Positions 63,306 to 64,000 of a stretch of DNA of 64,000 nucleotides are shown here, piece after piece. How positions within the stretch are numbered: position 1 is the first letter of the stretch; each line of letters starts with the position of its first letter. Below the pieces are notes generated by a model, which searched no databases, had not been told where the DNA came from, and worked only from the letters and a program-made list of their open reading frames with translations. A program made the position numbers and the translations under genes. Origin of the DNA: Orbicella franksi (lineage: Eukaryota); contig OZ116699.1 in NCBI GenBank assembly GCA_964199315.1, forward strand, positions 12,214,001-12,278,000, written 5' to 3'.

Positions 63306-63685
63306 CAGTAGAACCTCGGTAACTCGAACTCTGAAGAGAAACGAAAAACAGATCGAGTTAGCGGGGCTTCGAGTTATCGGGGTCGATGGTACATCCAACT
63401 TGCCATGTTGATAATTGATAGTCTGCTGATTTTTCAGCACTTCAGTATACAGTGACAGCTAAAGGCACCGCATCCAGTAAGATTGGGAAATGACTGTCAA
63501 ATATGTGAACGGTCGGTTGCGCTAATTAAAATGAAATTGTTGTGGTGTTAGTTTTGAGTGTTTTTACCGATTACATGAACCAGAATTCGAGTTATCGGGG
63601 TAAATTTTTATCAAGGGTAACGAAACTTAGTTCGAGTAAGCGGGGAATTCGAGTTATCCGAGTTCGAGTTACCGGGGTTCTACTG
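63306..63685. mobile_element. pogo/Tigger-like MITE in Nup107 intron
   Basis: TA|CAGTAGAACCTCGGTAACTCGAACTC ... GAGTTCGAGTTACCGGGGTTCTACTG|TA gives 26-bp TIRs with one mismatch and a TA TSD. Confidence 0.9.
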
Positions 63686-64000
63686 TAATTCATCAGTTCT
63701 CAGTGGCAATTAAATAAGTATATAATTAAATTTATTTGTCACAATTTTTGTCAGGTTTTGGTGTTTGAGAACACGGTGGTTTCTGTGAAATGATGGTCTA
63801 AACCTCAAATCATTCACTAGCAAAATTGCCGTACCCAAATTCGCTATTAGCCAATCAGAAGCTGTGTCTACTGTCCTGATATCTTGCGATATCAAGCGAT
63901 TAGTCACTTTATTAAATCCATTTTGAAATCACTGGTTATCCTTGCAATCTGATTGGCTCTCAGTGGTGCGATTTATTCACGAATCGCATTATTTTTTGCT

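Overview
This is AT-rich eukaryotic (animal) genomic DNA, not prokaryotic. There is no CRISPR array, operon, rRNA or intact tRNA. The cnidarian-type amine-like GPCRs, short GT-AG introns and repeat landscape suggest a stony-coral-like genome, though that is an inference. Solid genes: two paralogous class A GPCRs with intronless CDS on + (20290-21324 and 55236-56351), and the last 11 coding exons of Nup107 on - (62700 to 58779; 5' part lies beyond the window). Mobile DNA: a decayed, 3'-truncated DIRS1-like tyrosine-recombinase retrotransposon (~24540-28000, -) and a 4.05 kb Kolobok-type DNA transposon (30236-34288). The Kolobok element has TTAA duplications and convergent THAP and KolX/P2X7-ballast-like remnants, with a second TTAA element nested inside. 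There are also many MITEs, a tRNA-derived repeat, a Penelope-like hammerhead relic and a 130-N assembly gap. I found no clearly new multi-gene system. The best leads are the atypical amine-type pocket of the two GPCRs, the transposon architectures, a candidate stop-containing microexon in Nup107, and a signal-peptide ORF head-to-head with the first GPCR.
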